64,000 nucleotides of DNA, from positions 62,931 through 126,930 of the forward strand of contig CBFFRP010000208.1 of the NCBI GenBank assembly GCA_965644295.1. The letters run 5' to 3'. The notes under the pieces are model-generated. The model ran no database searches and was not told the DNA's origin. It saw nothing but the letters and a program-made list of their open reading frames with translations. Positions 54,404 to 64,000 of this stretch are shown here, piece after piece. The position numbers and the translations under genes were made by a program. The stretch is from Paraphysomonas bandaiensis (Eukaryota; Protista; Chrysophyceae). Within the stretch, counting starts at the first letter, position 1. Each line of letters begins with the position of its first letter.

Positions 54404-54928
54404 CCCCTCAACAAAGTCGGACTCGCACCTTTTCTGGGGGATAAGTACCGGAGAGATTCTCTCTGCTGGGAAGCTAACTTGAGCCGCAAACATATAGTCA
54501 GCAGATATTCTTCTGCCCACTCATAGCCGAATGCTTGTGTGGTCCAAGGGACATCAATAAGTGTCACTTGTGTAGACGTCTTTGGGCCCTGACGAATAAA
54601 CAGGCATCCGGGAATGGGCCCACCTCAAGAGCATCCGGGACAGGGCCCACCTGAAGGGTAACCGGGGTATTGGGCTGCCTGCTGAAGTCAAGCATCCGGG
54701 ATGTTCACCTTAAGAACTCAGAGCGGAAGTGGTCGTACCTTGGTGCTTGCGGCGACGCACAAGCAGCTTCCGTAGCGTTAAATAGTAGGACAAAAAAAAG
54801 TGTGTACTGATTAGCTGATTTTAGTTACAGGTAGAGGTCTAACTAGTTTGTCTAGCATTCATCTAGCTACTAAGTAGGTGCAGGTTTTTAACACCTATTA
54901 TTGCTAATAATAAGACTTTCAATATAGC
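54404..54928 (+). mobile_element. Repeat family 1, best-preserved A+B copy
   Basis: Contains the 5' head ccctcaacaaagtcggactcgcacc, about 27-nt gcatccggga-gggcccacc subrepeats, the structured core (54724-54771) and the shared 3' end. Confidence 0.85.
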
Positions 54929-55140
54929 ACAAGTAGCAGAGAGGTAACTTTTTTGTAAAACGAAAAATATATTATACTTCTACTAACAACTATTATTAGG
55001 ACTTTTTCTTTATCTTTAACCTCTCAGAGATGCAAAAAATTACAGTAAAATAATAATTCAATTCTTAGATATTATATATATATTACTATAATGAAACCTG
55101 GTGAAATTGCTTTTTATTAAGTTTTGGTATTTTACCTCCT

Positions 55141-55630
55141 CGACTTCTTTGGGCCTTTGACGAATAAAAAGGCATCCGGGAATGATTCCACCTCCAGGGC
55201 ATCCGGGGTATTGGACTGCCTGTAGAAGTCAACCATCCGGGAATAGGCCTCTAACTCAAGGGCACCCGGGCTGTTCACCTTAAGGGCTCAAAGCTCCTGA
55301 AGTCAGCAGATATCAGGTATGTCAGCATTCTGTTTTCTCATAGCCGTATTATATATATATCACACTTCCGTTTCTACAATTTGATGACGAGTTAACGTTA
55401 TTGGATACTTATATGTTTCATACGTTAGTGTGCACAAAACTGCACCAGTGAGGACCCGACGCTCGAACTACTCTAATCTCTCCTTCATATAGTTTAGCAC
55501 CTATCGGTGCATGTAGCAGAACTAGAATCATCTGATGATATATTAGTCATGTTACGCTTATTGTCGGGCGAGATTTTAAAGTTGGTTGCGACAACGAACA
55601 AGCGCTTCTTAATATTATTTATAATCAGAT
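55141..55630 (+). mobile_element. Partial module A followed by fragments of the 25660-26470 subfamily
   Basis: gcatccggg subrepeats at 55170-55275. Blocks at 55413-55455 and 55545-55610 match 26035-26075 and 25681-25750 in reverse. Confidence 0.65.
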
Positions 55631-56532
55631 GTTATTCTATTTTATTGTACACGATGACAAGTAGAACAGGTATTTTGTGAATGTTGGTAGCCTTTGATAT
55701 AAATAGCTGTTAAATAAAATTAAATACTGTATAGTTGCGGCGAAGTTTTTGTTAACGTATGATGTATAGCTTTCTTCAAACAATCTCTTAGTTGAAGATT
55801 ATGCCTACCTGAACTTTCTCCTCTGGCTTAACAATAATTGTTAACTTTTCAATAAAAAATCTACAATTATCACCGTTATCCTTATCTATTTATCTGTATC
55901 TCTTTGTAACTAAATCTACGACCTTTACAATAATGAGTGTAGTTGAAGGACATATATAAATGTAAGAAAAAATCAATGATCAACCCCTTTATACATACAT
56001 GATAATTCAACTGAATACTCCATTATGTATGCAGCAGTTTAACGTAAATCAATAAACGATAAGAAACTAGAAAACTGAAATATAACATTGCCTATATTAT
56101 ATATAGAATATTTCATGTGAAAAAGTTGCTAGTAGTATGCTGTAAATAAGTAAATTATTGAAGAGTTTGGTGGTGGTAGTCTGTAGTCTGTAAATCCTAA
56201 GAGGATCCTCTCATTTACTCATGTGTAAATGCTGTCTCCAATCTCTACTTATTGATTACCAGGCTAAATAAACTATAGCTACAATACTACTAACAGAGTA
56301 TTACCCTAATCGAAAGAAAGGCATTGCACTCCGCATGATAACGCTGATCTCATCTGCTACGATATTATTCTACCACTGAATATCAAACACAATATTTACG
56401 TTTGACTTTCATAGAAACATATAACAACAGCTGTAAAACAACTGTACTTCCGGTGTATTGCCGAGAACTAAATATTGGATAATAGAATACACTGCACTTT
56501 CCAACCACAAGAGTTAGGTCAGAGTGGAGCAA

Positions 56533-57451
56533 CTAGCAGCATCCTCCCGAAGAGGAACCCGACGATGGAGCGTCATCAATTATGACCAATTTATTCTTGC
56601 TTGCACCTGCTGGTCCAGTGCTTGCCCCGGCTTTCTGCTTTGTCCTCTTAATTAACCCTGAAATACAAAACATTAACATATAAGCTGAGACAAGCGATTC
56701 CAAATGCGCGGTCACTGAAAGCAATAACATATTCAGTGTATAACGGTTACTATACAGTGTAGTTTTCCACTAGTATGTATGCTTGCAATCCACAGCGTAC
56801 GTACGTTGAGCTATGTCTGAAAACACCTCATCCAGACCCTTGTTTGATTTAGCGGAGGTGTGGAAGTGTTGCGCGCCCACGGAAGCCGCATACCTACATC
56901 ACACGACAGTTAAAATACCTAAAGGATGAGTGGGTTCACTTTAACTTACTCCACAGCCTCCTGTTCGTTGACATGTCTGTTTTTTTCGAGGTCTATCTTG
57001 TTGCCCGCAATGGCAATGGTAATGTCATTACCAACTATCTTACGAAGCTCTTTCACCCATTTCTTCACCTTCGTAAATGATTCAGCGTCAGTAATGTCAT
57101 ACACAAGTAACGCTCCATCTGTAAAGAAATTAGTGGACATCAACATCAAATCAGATGTGGTGTGTACCTGCATCTCTGTAGTAAATGGGGCCCAGGGCAT
57201 GGAATCTTTCCTGGCCGGCTATACAGTGTTGATGAGTACCACTTACAACATATATAACACCACACACCTGTATCCCATACAGACAACTGAACAGAAACCC
57301 CTCCTACAGATATCTTCTTATCCAAATAACTGGCTTGCAGAGTAGACACTTGCTGATCGCTATACTCCCCGCGAATATATCGCAATAAAATAGACGTCTT
57401 ACCCACCCGACCTTCACCTAACAAAACTATTTTGTATCGTTGGCTGCTCAT
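56533..57451 (-). CDS. RAB21: Small GTPase Rab21, 5 exons
   Basis: KIVLLGEGRVGKTS, STLQASY, WDTAGQERFHALGPIYYR, NKID, TSAK and a C-terminal GGCC. Confidence 0.97.
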
Positions 57452-57913
57452 AGTTACTCAAATAAACTTTAATGAATGACAATGTGATGCGATCAGACAA
57501 CTGTATGTGTACACAGCAGTAGATGTAGCTCCAGCACGGTATACCTCCAGCATACCATACTTCGCTCAATGGCATCATCCATGCGCCGTCTGGGCTGTGT
57601 AGAAGGAGGTATACCGTATAGCACTGTATTCCAGTGTTTATTGTTTGCAACTTTTACTTCTATAGGCGTGTTCGAGGTTTGCAAAAAACGCTTATGCGAA
57701 CCCTAATCGCGATATATCGCGAGTGTGCTATAGGAATACACATGATGCACTGTACTGTATTCTGCAGTATTTCTCATTTATGTCCAGTACACAGAAGCAC
57801 CAGCAGCAGGGAGGAGTGGCTGCATGGTGGTGCCTGACAGTAAAGAAATCTTAAGTCTGCGAGTGACTAACGCTGTCAACTTTAAGGATTGATCACACTA
57901 CTACTTGAGATCA

Positions 57914-58459
57914 ATGCGATTTGTTCTTATAGTAGTTCAGGTTCTCTACTTACTGAGCAGTGCAGTGACGGCTGATTTGCTCACTGCGATATCCACCAAC
58001 AAGAGATCCTCCATAAAAGCCGCACTTGAAAACATAGACAAAGATGAGATCAACAAAAGAGGAGCGGGCGGGCAAACACCTCTCATGCATGCTGTTTTAA
58101 GTGGAAAGACAACTGCTGTGGAGTTACTACTGGAGGCTGGCGCTGATTTCACGATACCCGAGAAAGACGGCTACACCCCCATGCACGGTGCCGGCTTTCA
58201 AGGAAGGGCTGATATTGCAGAGATACTTATTGATTATGGACTACCTGTTAGTGATATGCACGCAGATGGATACACCCCACTTCATCGGGCTTGTTGGGGT
58301 TCTGAGAAGAGACATGCCGATACTGTTCTTGTGTTCCTAGAAGCTGGAGTTGATAAAGATGAACCCTCACGAGATGGAAAGACATGTAGTGAGATGACTA
58401 GCAATAAGAGAACGAAAAAGATATTGCAAAAGTGGAAGGCTAGACTGCAAGATCTATAA
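57914..58459 (+). CDS. Small secreted/ER ankyrin-repeat protein, intronless
   Basis: Signal peptide MRFVLIVVQVLYLLSSAVTA and ankyrin motifs GQTPLMHA, GYTPMHGA and GYTPLHRA. It ends in LQDL, which is KDEL-like. Confidence 0.9.
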   Translation: MRFVLIVVQVLYLLSSAVTADLLTAISTNKRSSIKAALENIDKDEINKRGAGGQTPLMHAVLSGKTTAVELLLEAGADFTIPEKDGYTPMHGAGFQGRADIAEILIDYGLPVSDMHADGYTPLHRACWGSEKRHADTVLVFLEAGVDKDEPSRDGKTCSEMTSNKRTKKILQKWKARLQDL

Positions 58460-60442
58460 ATAGGCTTTCGCGCTGTGTGTATATTTCTATTTCTGGTAAA
58501 TAATATAATAGTTTTGAACAGTGCTATTTCATGTTTTCGGCATCCAATTTGAAATAATTAACATATGATGATATGAAAATTATTTCAAATTACGACCTTT
58601 CACAATTTAGAAGTGATGCCCCATATCGAGGCAGAGTGTCCTCTATTGTAGTAAGCATATGGATTGAACTACTATGCAATTCGCACATCGTTAAGGATAA
58701 CAATGAATACTTCATGTGTACGATTCTGCACTATACATACATGGATCATATTTACGTGGTGGATATAAATGCAATTTTTTTGCGTATTCCTTTTCAAATG
58801 GTTGGGGCGGTAAGGCGGCATTCGTAGAATAGGCGCACTTTAATATATATGTGCTGCCAATGTGACCTAAAAGAATAGAAGACTGTGTACAATCGGCAAA
58901 ATTGTTAGCAAAATATTACTGATCATTGATAGTGATAGAGCACCAATGTAGGTATAAGACGCTTTATTAGTAGATTCGTCTTATATAGAATGAGAATTAT
59001 GCAGAGATACAAGACGAATGGATCAAAGACACAATGGTTTTGATAATAGAAGACACCTGAGTGCTCTTGGATATGAAGATAGAGTAGAAGGTAGTTCTAG
59101 AAAGAAGTCTGAAATGGTATATTTTTGATAAAGAAGGTTGGATTTTGGAAAGCTTGCTTACAATGTTGTAAAGAGCCTGAAGTCTGTACACCGCGGCCTC
59201 GAGAATAGCACTGCGAGTTGCTCAATCTGATTCTGTGAAGCTCGCTACCTACTCTGCCTCAACCCTCAACTACACTTACTATCTAAGTATTGCAAAAATA
59301 TGTACAATAAGTTAAGTTGAAATGAACTTATTCTCTAGAGAAATATTTATTATGATAGTTTCACAATAATTCAGAATGGCGAGATAGTAGTGGAATATCA
59401 AATATAAGCAACATGGCTAAATCGCCTAGTGTAGCGAGAAGGAGGGCACGTAATATGCAACCAGCAATTATTGGTTATACATTTAGCAGTACAAGTATCT
59501 TTTGCTAGCAAGGCAATCATAAGTGTCACACACTTCTTCTAGTACGTAGACAGTCACGACCTCTTTGCGGTTGCCCTATCAGTCGTTCAGTATCTTTCAT
59601 AGTGAGGAATTCACGTTCATGAAAAACCGGCAATCCCTTCATCTACTCTATACGATGCAAGTGAACAACCTTCATCTATTAAAGCGCTGGATTCTCAAGC
59701 CCACAGGTCGCTGGGTTTCACATACAGCAGGCTGCCTTCTACTCGGAAAGAACAAAAGAGAGCAGTCGTGACACCTGCAACCGATGACGAATACCTACAC
59801 CATACGGCTGTTCCACTTAGCGAACCAGAGGCAGTATTGTTGACTGTAACGAGTTAGGGTCACGAGCTATAAGCTAGAGGGAACATATCTCCACATTGCA
59901 CACTACTTCCGTCTCATCACACTCTGATAGAGCTGAAGACTAATCGGCGAAGTCCTCATCTAAACCCTCCAATCATATCTGTTACTTCTTCATCCTCAAC
60001 TTGCTTACTTCGTAAATCATTGGACACCCTACAAAGTGGAATAGGATGAAAATACGTCGACAAATTCAGGGATTTTGGGGAATCCCTACATTTATAAAGA
60101 CGCTCATTGGTGGGTACGAACGTAAAAATACGTAAAGTACCCCTTTGCTGTCACCTTGACGAGAAAGCATAGATAAAAAATCCTGTTTTTGTCCAGGATA
60201 TCTGTACACAGCAGCACCAACTCTGTACGTATATTCTGTTCTGATTTTACTTCCTTCAGTTCCATACTTTACGCTGTAGATACTGCTGCTGTATAGCGTA
60301 CTATTACACTACAGCGAAGTTTTCTATGAGTAAGTTTACTTAATTCACATACCCCCCTAACAAATGAACCACAGCCGTCTGAGAGGCTCCTCTGGTATCA
60401 TTGATCTCAGTTGTGGCTGATCGATCATAGCATCAGCATATA

Positions 60443-62746
60443 ATGAGCGCTGTTGGAGACAGAGACACGTGTCGTGTGTGGGTTAAAGTGGGCGAAGAGC
60501 AGCCGTTTGATGTGGAGGTGTCCAGCAGCTGTATAGTTAACGACCTCAAGAGAGCAGTGAAGAGAGACATGCCCATAATATTCTCTGCTGTAGACGCCGT
60601 TAAGATCGCTATCAGAGCCGCTGACGGCTCTCTCCTCTCTGCGGGTAAAGAGCGGCGTTGCTGTTGATCTCCTCACACTGTATATGATCATATAGGAACA
60701 CGCTGCTGCGGTACTCGTGATGATAGCATAGGAACCAGTGACGACAACCCGTACTTAATCGACTCTCCCCCAACTCCATCTGCTTCCATCGCACTCGGTT
60801 AGTGTTCAGTAACGTTGAAAATATTTTCTAATTTATCCATAGGTCATGTAGCAGAAGTTCAAGCTGCTGGAAGTGTGGGTTCCGGGAAATTTAAAGCAGC
60901 CCCATCTACAATGCAAACTGCAGTAGAAACGCATGAGGAATATTCTCAGGAATCTATTAGGTCGACTCCCTTCTATCCCATAGAGGAGTCTTATCCTTCT
61001 GATGGGAACGAGAGTGGTGATCAAGATATATATCAGACAGATTTTGAGCGCCTATGCGAGTCGCTCTCGCGGTCCGTGTCATATAGTTCTCTGCGACGCA
61101 CCCTGGCTATAGATCAAGTGTTTAGCAACGAGGATCTCGTCAGACTGCTTTTCACCTACGTAGGGTATACGAGGTGTCTTCCACTGGTACTTACTTGCAG
61201 GGAGATTGCACGTTTATTCATTGTGAATGCGGGTCTGCCACTGCGCACAGATTATAGTGCATGTCTGGACAACCAGACTATAGCTTCCTGGGCTAAGGCT
61301 TTCCCCTCGTGCCCCCTAAATAAGAATCACGTGCTCAGTCGTTTGGTACCAATTGGCGGTAGCTTGGATATGGTCCGGTGGGCGTTGGACATACTTGAGA
61401 GTGAGCGAGTGGATCTTAGGTCCAAGGATGCAATGTGTGAAGCGGCCGCCCTTCACGGCCATAATCATATAGTACAACACCTTACACTACAAAGGGGATG
61501 TCGTTGGAGTGCTGAGCTGACACACAAAGCCGCTATGGGGGGGCACCTACACACCCTTAGGTGGCTGAGATCCCAGTCTGGACCCAACGAGAAACCCTGT
61601 CCGTGGACTCCAAAGGTGTGCAGCTCTGCCGCCCGCAACGGCTTTGTGGATATTCTGCGTTATATTTATCATGAGGACCCTAGCCCTCTTACTTGCACAG
61701 TGAATATGATATCTTACGCTGCCAGCTACGCCGCAGATGTCGGTGTTCTCCATTTCGTGATGGCTGAATTTAGACCAGTAGACTTGATGCTGTCGGCAGG
61801 TTACCAACAGGCTTGTAGGGTGGCAGCAGAGTGTGGAAATCTTTCCGCACTACAGCTCTTGCGCAGTCAAGAAATGCCTTTCGATTGGCATCCGGATATG
61901 CTCAGACTGGCAATCAGAAACAACCATCTGCATGTTTTACAATGGCTTCACGAACAGCCCGGCTTCCCCTATACGCATAATTCTCTTTCCTTTCGTACGG
62001 CTGCCAAGCATAATAGAGTGGAGATCCTCAACTGGCTGAAAGGACTAGAACCGGCGGTGGAGTGGGATATACGGACTTCACTCTGCGCTGCTGCAGAGGA
62101 GGGACATGTGGAAGTACTTAGGTGGGCTCGAAACCAAACACCGTCATTGCAGCCAGATTCTGCCACTGTTTTGACTGCGGCTATTTCTCATCGAGACTGT
62201 AGTTTGGAGACAGTACGATGGATGCGTGAGCAAAATCCACCATGGAAGTGGGACGCGAGTGCTGTCAACAAAGCCTGTAAATGTGGGAACCTGGATGTGC
62301 TACAATTCCTACGAGAGTCAAATCCACCCTGCCCATGGAGCTCAGCTGCACTCAGCCATGCTATTAAGACCAATAATCTTGAGATCGTTAAGTGGCTGGT
62401 CACTCAGCTGTCCTGTCCTGGTCTCGCCATGGCGTGCAGTACTGCTGCCTATTCGGGGAAGCTCAACATATTCCAGTACTTGTTGTCAGTGAATCCACAA
62501 CTACCATGCAATCTTCGTGAAATCTGCATGACTTTGCACGAAGACATACGTAAGAACCATTCTAAGAGCAGCTCATTCCGGAACTGGGCTCTAAACGAAG
62601 TACTACTCTGGATAATGGAAAATCACGAACTTGAGTATCCTTATGACTCAAAGGTCTTGCGACGTCAGCTTAAGCGTAATCAGTACCCCGAGTCTTACTG
62701 CGCAATGCTCTCCAACCGCATTTGGTGTGACGAGGACGATGGGTAG
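60443..62746 (+). CDS. Crinkler-like N-terminal ubiquitin-like domain plus possible F-box-like segment and long ankyrin-repeat array, 3 exons
   Basis: Introns 60645-60695 and 60798-60842 join VWVKV..FDVEV..VNDLKRAVK..P..FSAVDAVKI..GTSDDNPYLI to repeated AA..GHL..L.WL..CPW units. Confidence 0.8.
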
Positions 62747-63027
62747 GAAGTAGATAAATAAGATGTTATCGTACAAACTGTATAAACTATGGAAAATTAT
62801 ATCACACCAATATTTCTACTTCAAACATGAATGCAAATGATGATTTTACTTAAACCAAGATATAGAATCGATTCCTCTGTATAATTCAAATGAGCAGATT
62901 AAACAATATCAAAACAATATGATCGTAATTTGTGTTGGTTAGGGTTAGAGTTGGTAGTAGGTAAATAATTGTAGCGGAAATTGTTGTACAAACTGTATAA
63001 ACATTGGAATATTATATCACCCAACTA

Positions 63028-63360
63028 TTAGGGTTAGGGTTAGGGTTAGGGTTAGGGTTAGGGTTAGGGTTAGGGTTAGGGTTAGGGTTAGGGTTAGGGT
63101 TAGGGTTAGGGTTAGGGTTAGGGTTAGGGTTAGGGTTAGGGTTAGGGTTAGGGTTAGGGTTAGGGTTAGGGTTAGGGTTAGGGTTAGGGTTAGGGTTAGG
63201 GTTAGGGTTAGGGTTAGGGTTAGGGTTAGGGTTAGGGTTAGGGTTAGGGTTAGGGTTAGGGTTAGGGTTAGGGTTAGGGTTAGGGTTAGGGTTAGGGTTA
63301 GGGTTAGGGTTAGGGTTAGGGTTAGGGTTAGGGTTAGGGTTAGGGTTAGGGTTAGGGTTA
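63028..63360 (+). repeat. Perfect (TTAGGG)n telomere-type array, 333 bp (55.5 units), internal in this window
   Basis: Directly visible. The G-rich strand is on +, and non-telomeric sequence follows. Confidence 0.98.
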
Positions 63361-63622
63361 CACAGACACGCAGTCACAGTCCTGCTGTAGTATCAGCATA
63401 GTATAGCGTGGTGTAGTATGGTGTAGTATGGCATATGCATGTCACCCAGGCCTAAACCCGGTGCTGATTCTTTCATACGGCACAGTATTACTTACGTATG
63501 CTGTACTCTGCTGCAGCGCACACCTCCACGTGTGCACTCGTGTGCGTGCACTCATGTGCTTGCTGTGCCCAGCAGGGACTGACTGCACTCTCACTCGTAC
63601 AGTTCTACATAACTCCAGCACA

Positions 63623-64000
63623 ATGATTCTGAGTTTTAAGCTTATTGCAATGATGTTTGCGACGGTGGCTGCGCTTGGTCGCGCAAGTGAGGAGGGGGCT
63701 GGAGAGGCCGGCGACGTAGTTGTGTTAACGGCCCAAAACTTTGACACAGAGACGAAGACTGGCGCGGGTCTGCGACTGGCGACTGGCTAATTGAGTTTTA
63801 TGCTCCGTGGTGCGGGCACTGCAAGAGGTTGCAGCCTGTGGGAGGAATTGGCGACAGATCTTAAAGGGACAGTCAATGTAGCTAAGGTGGATGTTACAGC
63901 CAACAGACCCTTGGGATCTAGGTGGGACTGTGATCACCAATGGTTTATTTTTATATTGTTTTTTTGGATAAGCAATACGTAACTGAACGAAGTACAAGTG
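63623..64000 (+). CDS. Secretory thioredoxin/PDI-family protein, 5' part only, with apparent 1-nt frameshift near 63768
   Basis: Signal peptide and [11 protein letters not shown] lie in one frame. [36 protein letters not shown] lies in the shifted frame. Donor site at about 63921. Confidence 0.8.

Noticed and set aside
54600-54710. CRISPR-like look of the about 27-nt gcatccggg subrepeats
   Set aside because: The units are degenerate tandem copies without unique spacers. There are no cas genes and the context is eukaryotic.
54580-54790. Known ribozyme in repeat family 1 (CTGACGA hammerhead core, CGTTAAATAG pistol-like linker, HDV-like CAA junction)
   Set aside because: CTGANGA is not conserved across copies and has no GAAA partner. 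No pistol pseudoknot is present, and there is no room for the HDV P1 strand.
58990-60040. Minus-strand partner gene for the Crinkler-like ankyrin gene
   Set aside because: The composition is coding-like, but stops and frameshifts cannot be removed by plausible introns. It is at most a decayed relic of unknown type.
63028-63360. End-to-end chromosome fusion site
   Set aside because: A fusion would show TTAGGG followed by CCCTAA repeats, and only one orientation is present.
63004-63390. Poly-LG and poly-NP ORFs
   Set aside because: They are translations of the TTAGGG array.
1-64000. Alternative genetic code or stop-codon readthrough to explain fragmented ORFs
   Set aside because: Interruptions in conserved genes are explained by short canonical introns, and TAA, TAG and TGA are all used as true stops.

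Overview
Gene-dense eukaryotic genomic DNA with many tiny (mostly 45-55 nt) spliceosomal introns. A protist, probably a stramenopile, is my inference from protein style, intron size and the TTAGGG repeat. I can support 20 protein-coding genes: a DUF2064/TIGR04282-type glycosyltransferase, RbfA, a conserved unknown protein, a PP2A B'' subunit, DNAJC25, a degenerate kinesin, COPE, NUP107, LIN9/ALY, an S8 subtilase, DDX1, a COX4-like protein, BCAT, NECAP, EXO1, an FkbM methyltransferase, RAB21, a secreted ankyrin protein, a Crinkler-like ubiquitin-like/ankyrin protein and a 5'-partial PDI/thioredoxin. The most striking large-scale feature is eight consecutive head-to-head gene pairs (5173-58459). 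Each pair shares a 0.4-0.8 kb promoter, usually rich in alternating purine-pyrimidine sequence and often carrying CTGCTGTA. The tail-to-tail spacers are 1.4-3.0 kb, AT-rich, and hold all recognisable transposon-like repeats. One dispersed repeat family carries a small structured core whose outer stem co-varies across three divergent subfamilies around a GNRA-tetraloop hairpin. Also present are a 91-bp hAT-type MITE with an 8-bp TSD, an (ATGT)n tract, a hairpin-rich non-coding segment where a partner gene is expected, and a perfect 333-bp (TTAGGG)n array followed by further genic sequence. All gene models and alignments were read by eye, so boundaries of degenerate repeats are approximate.
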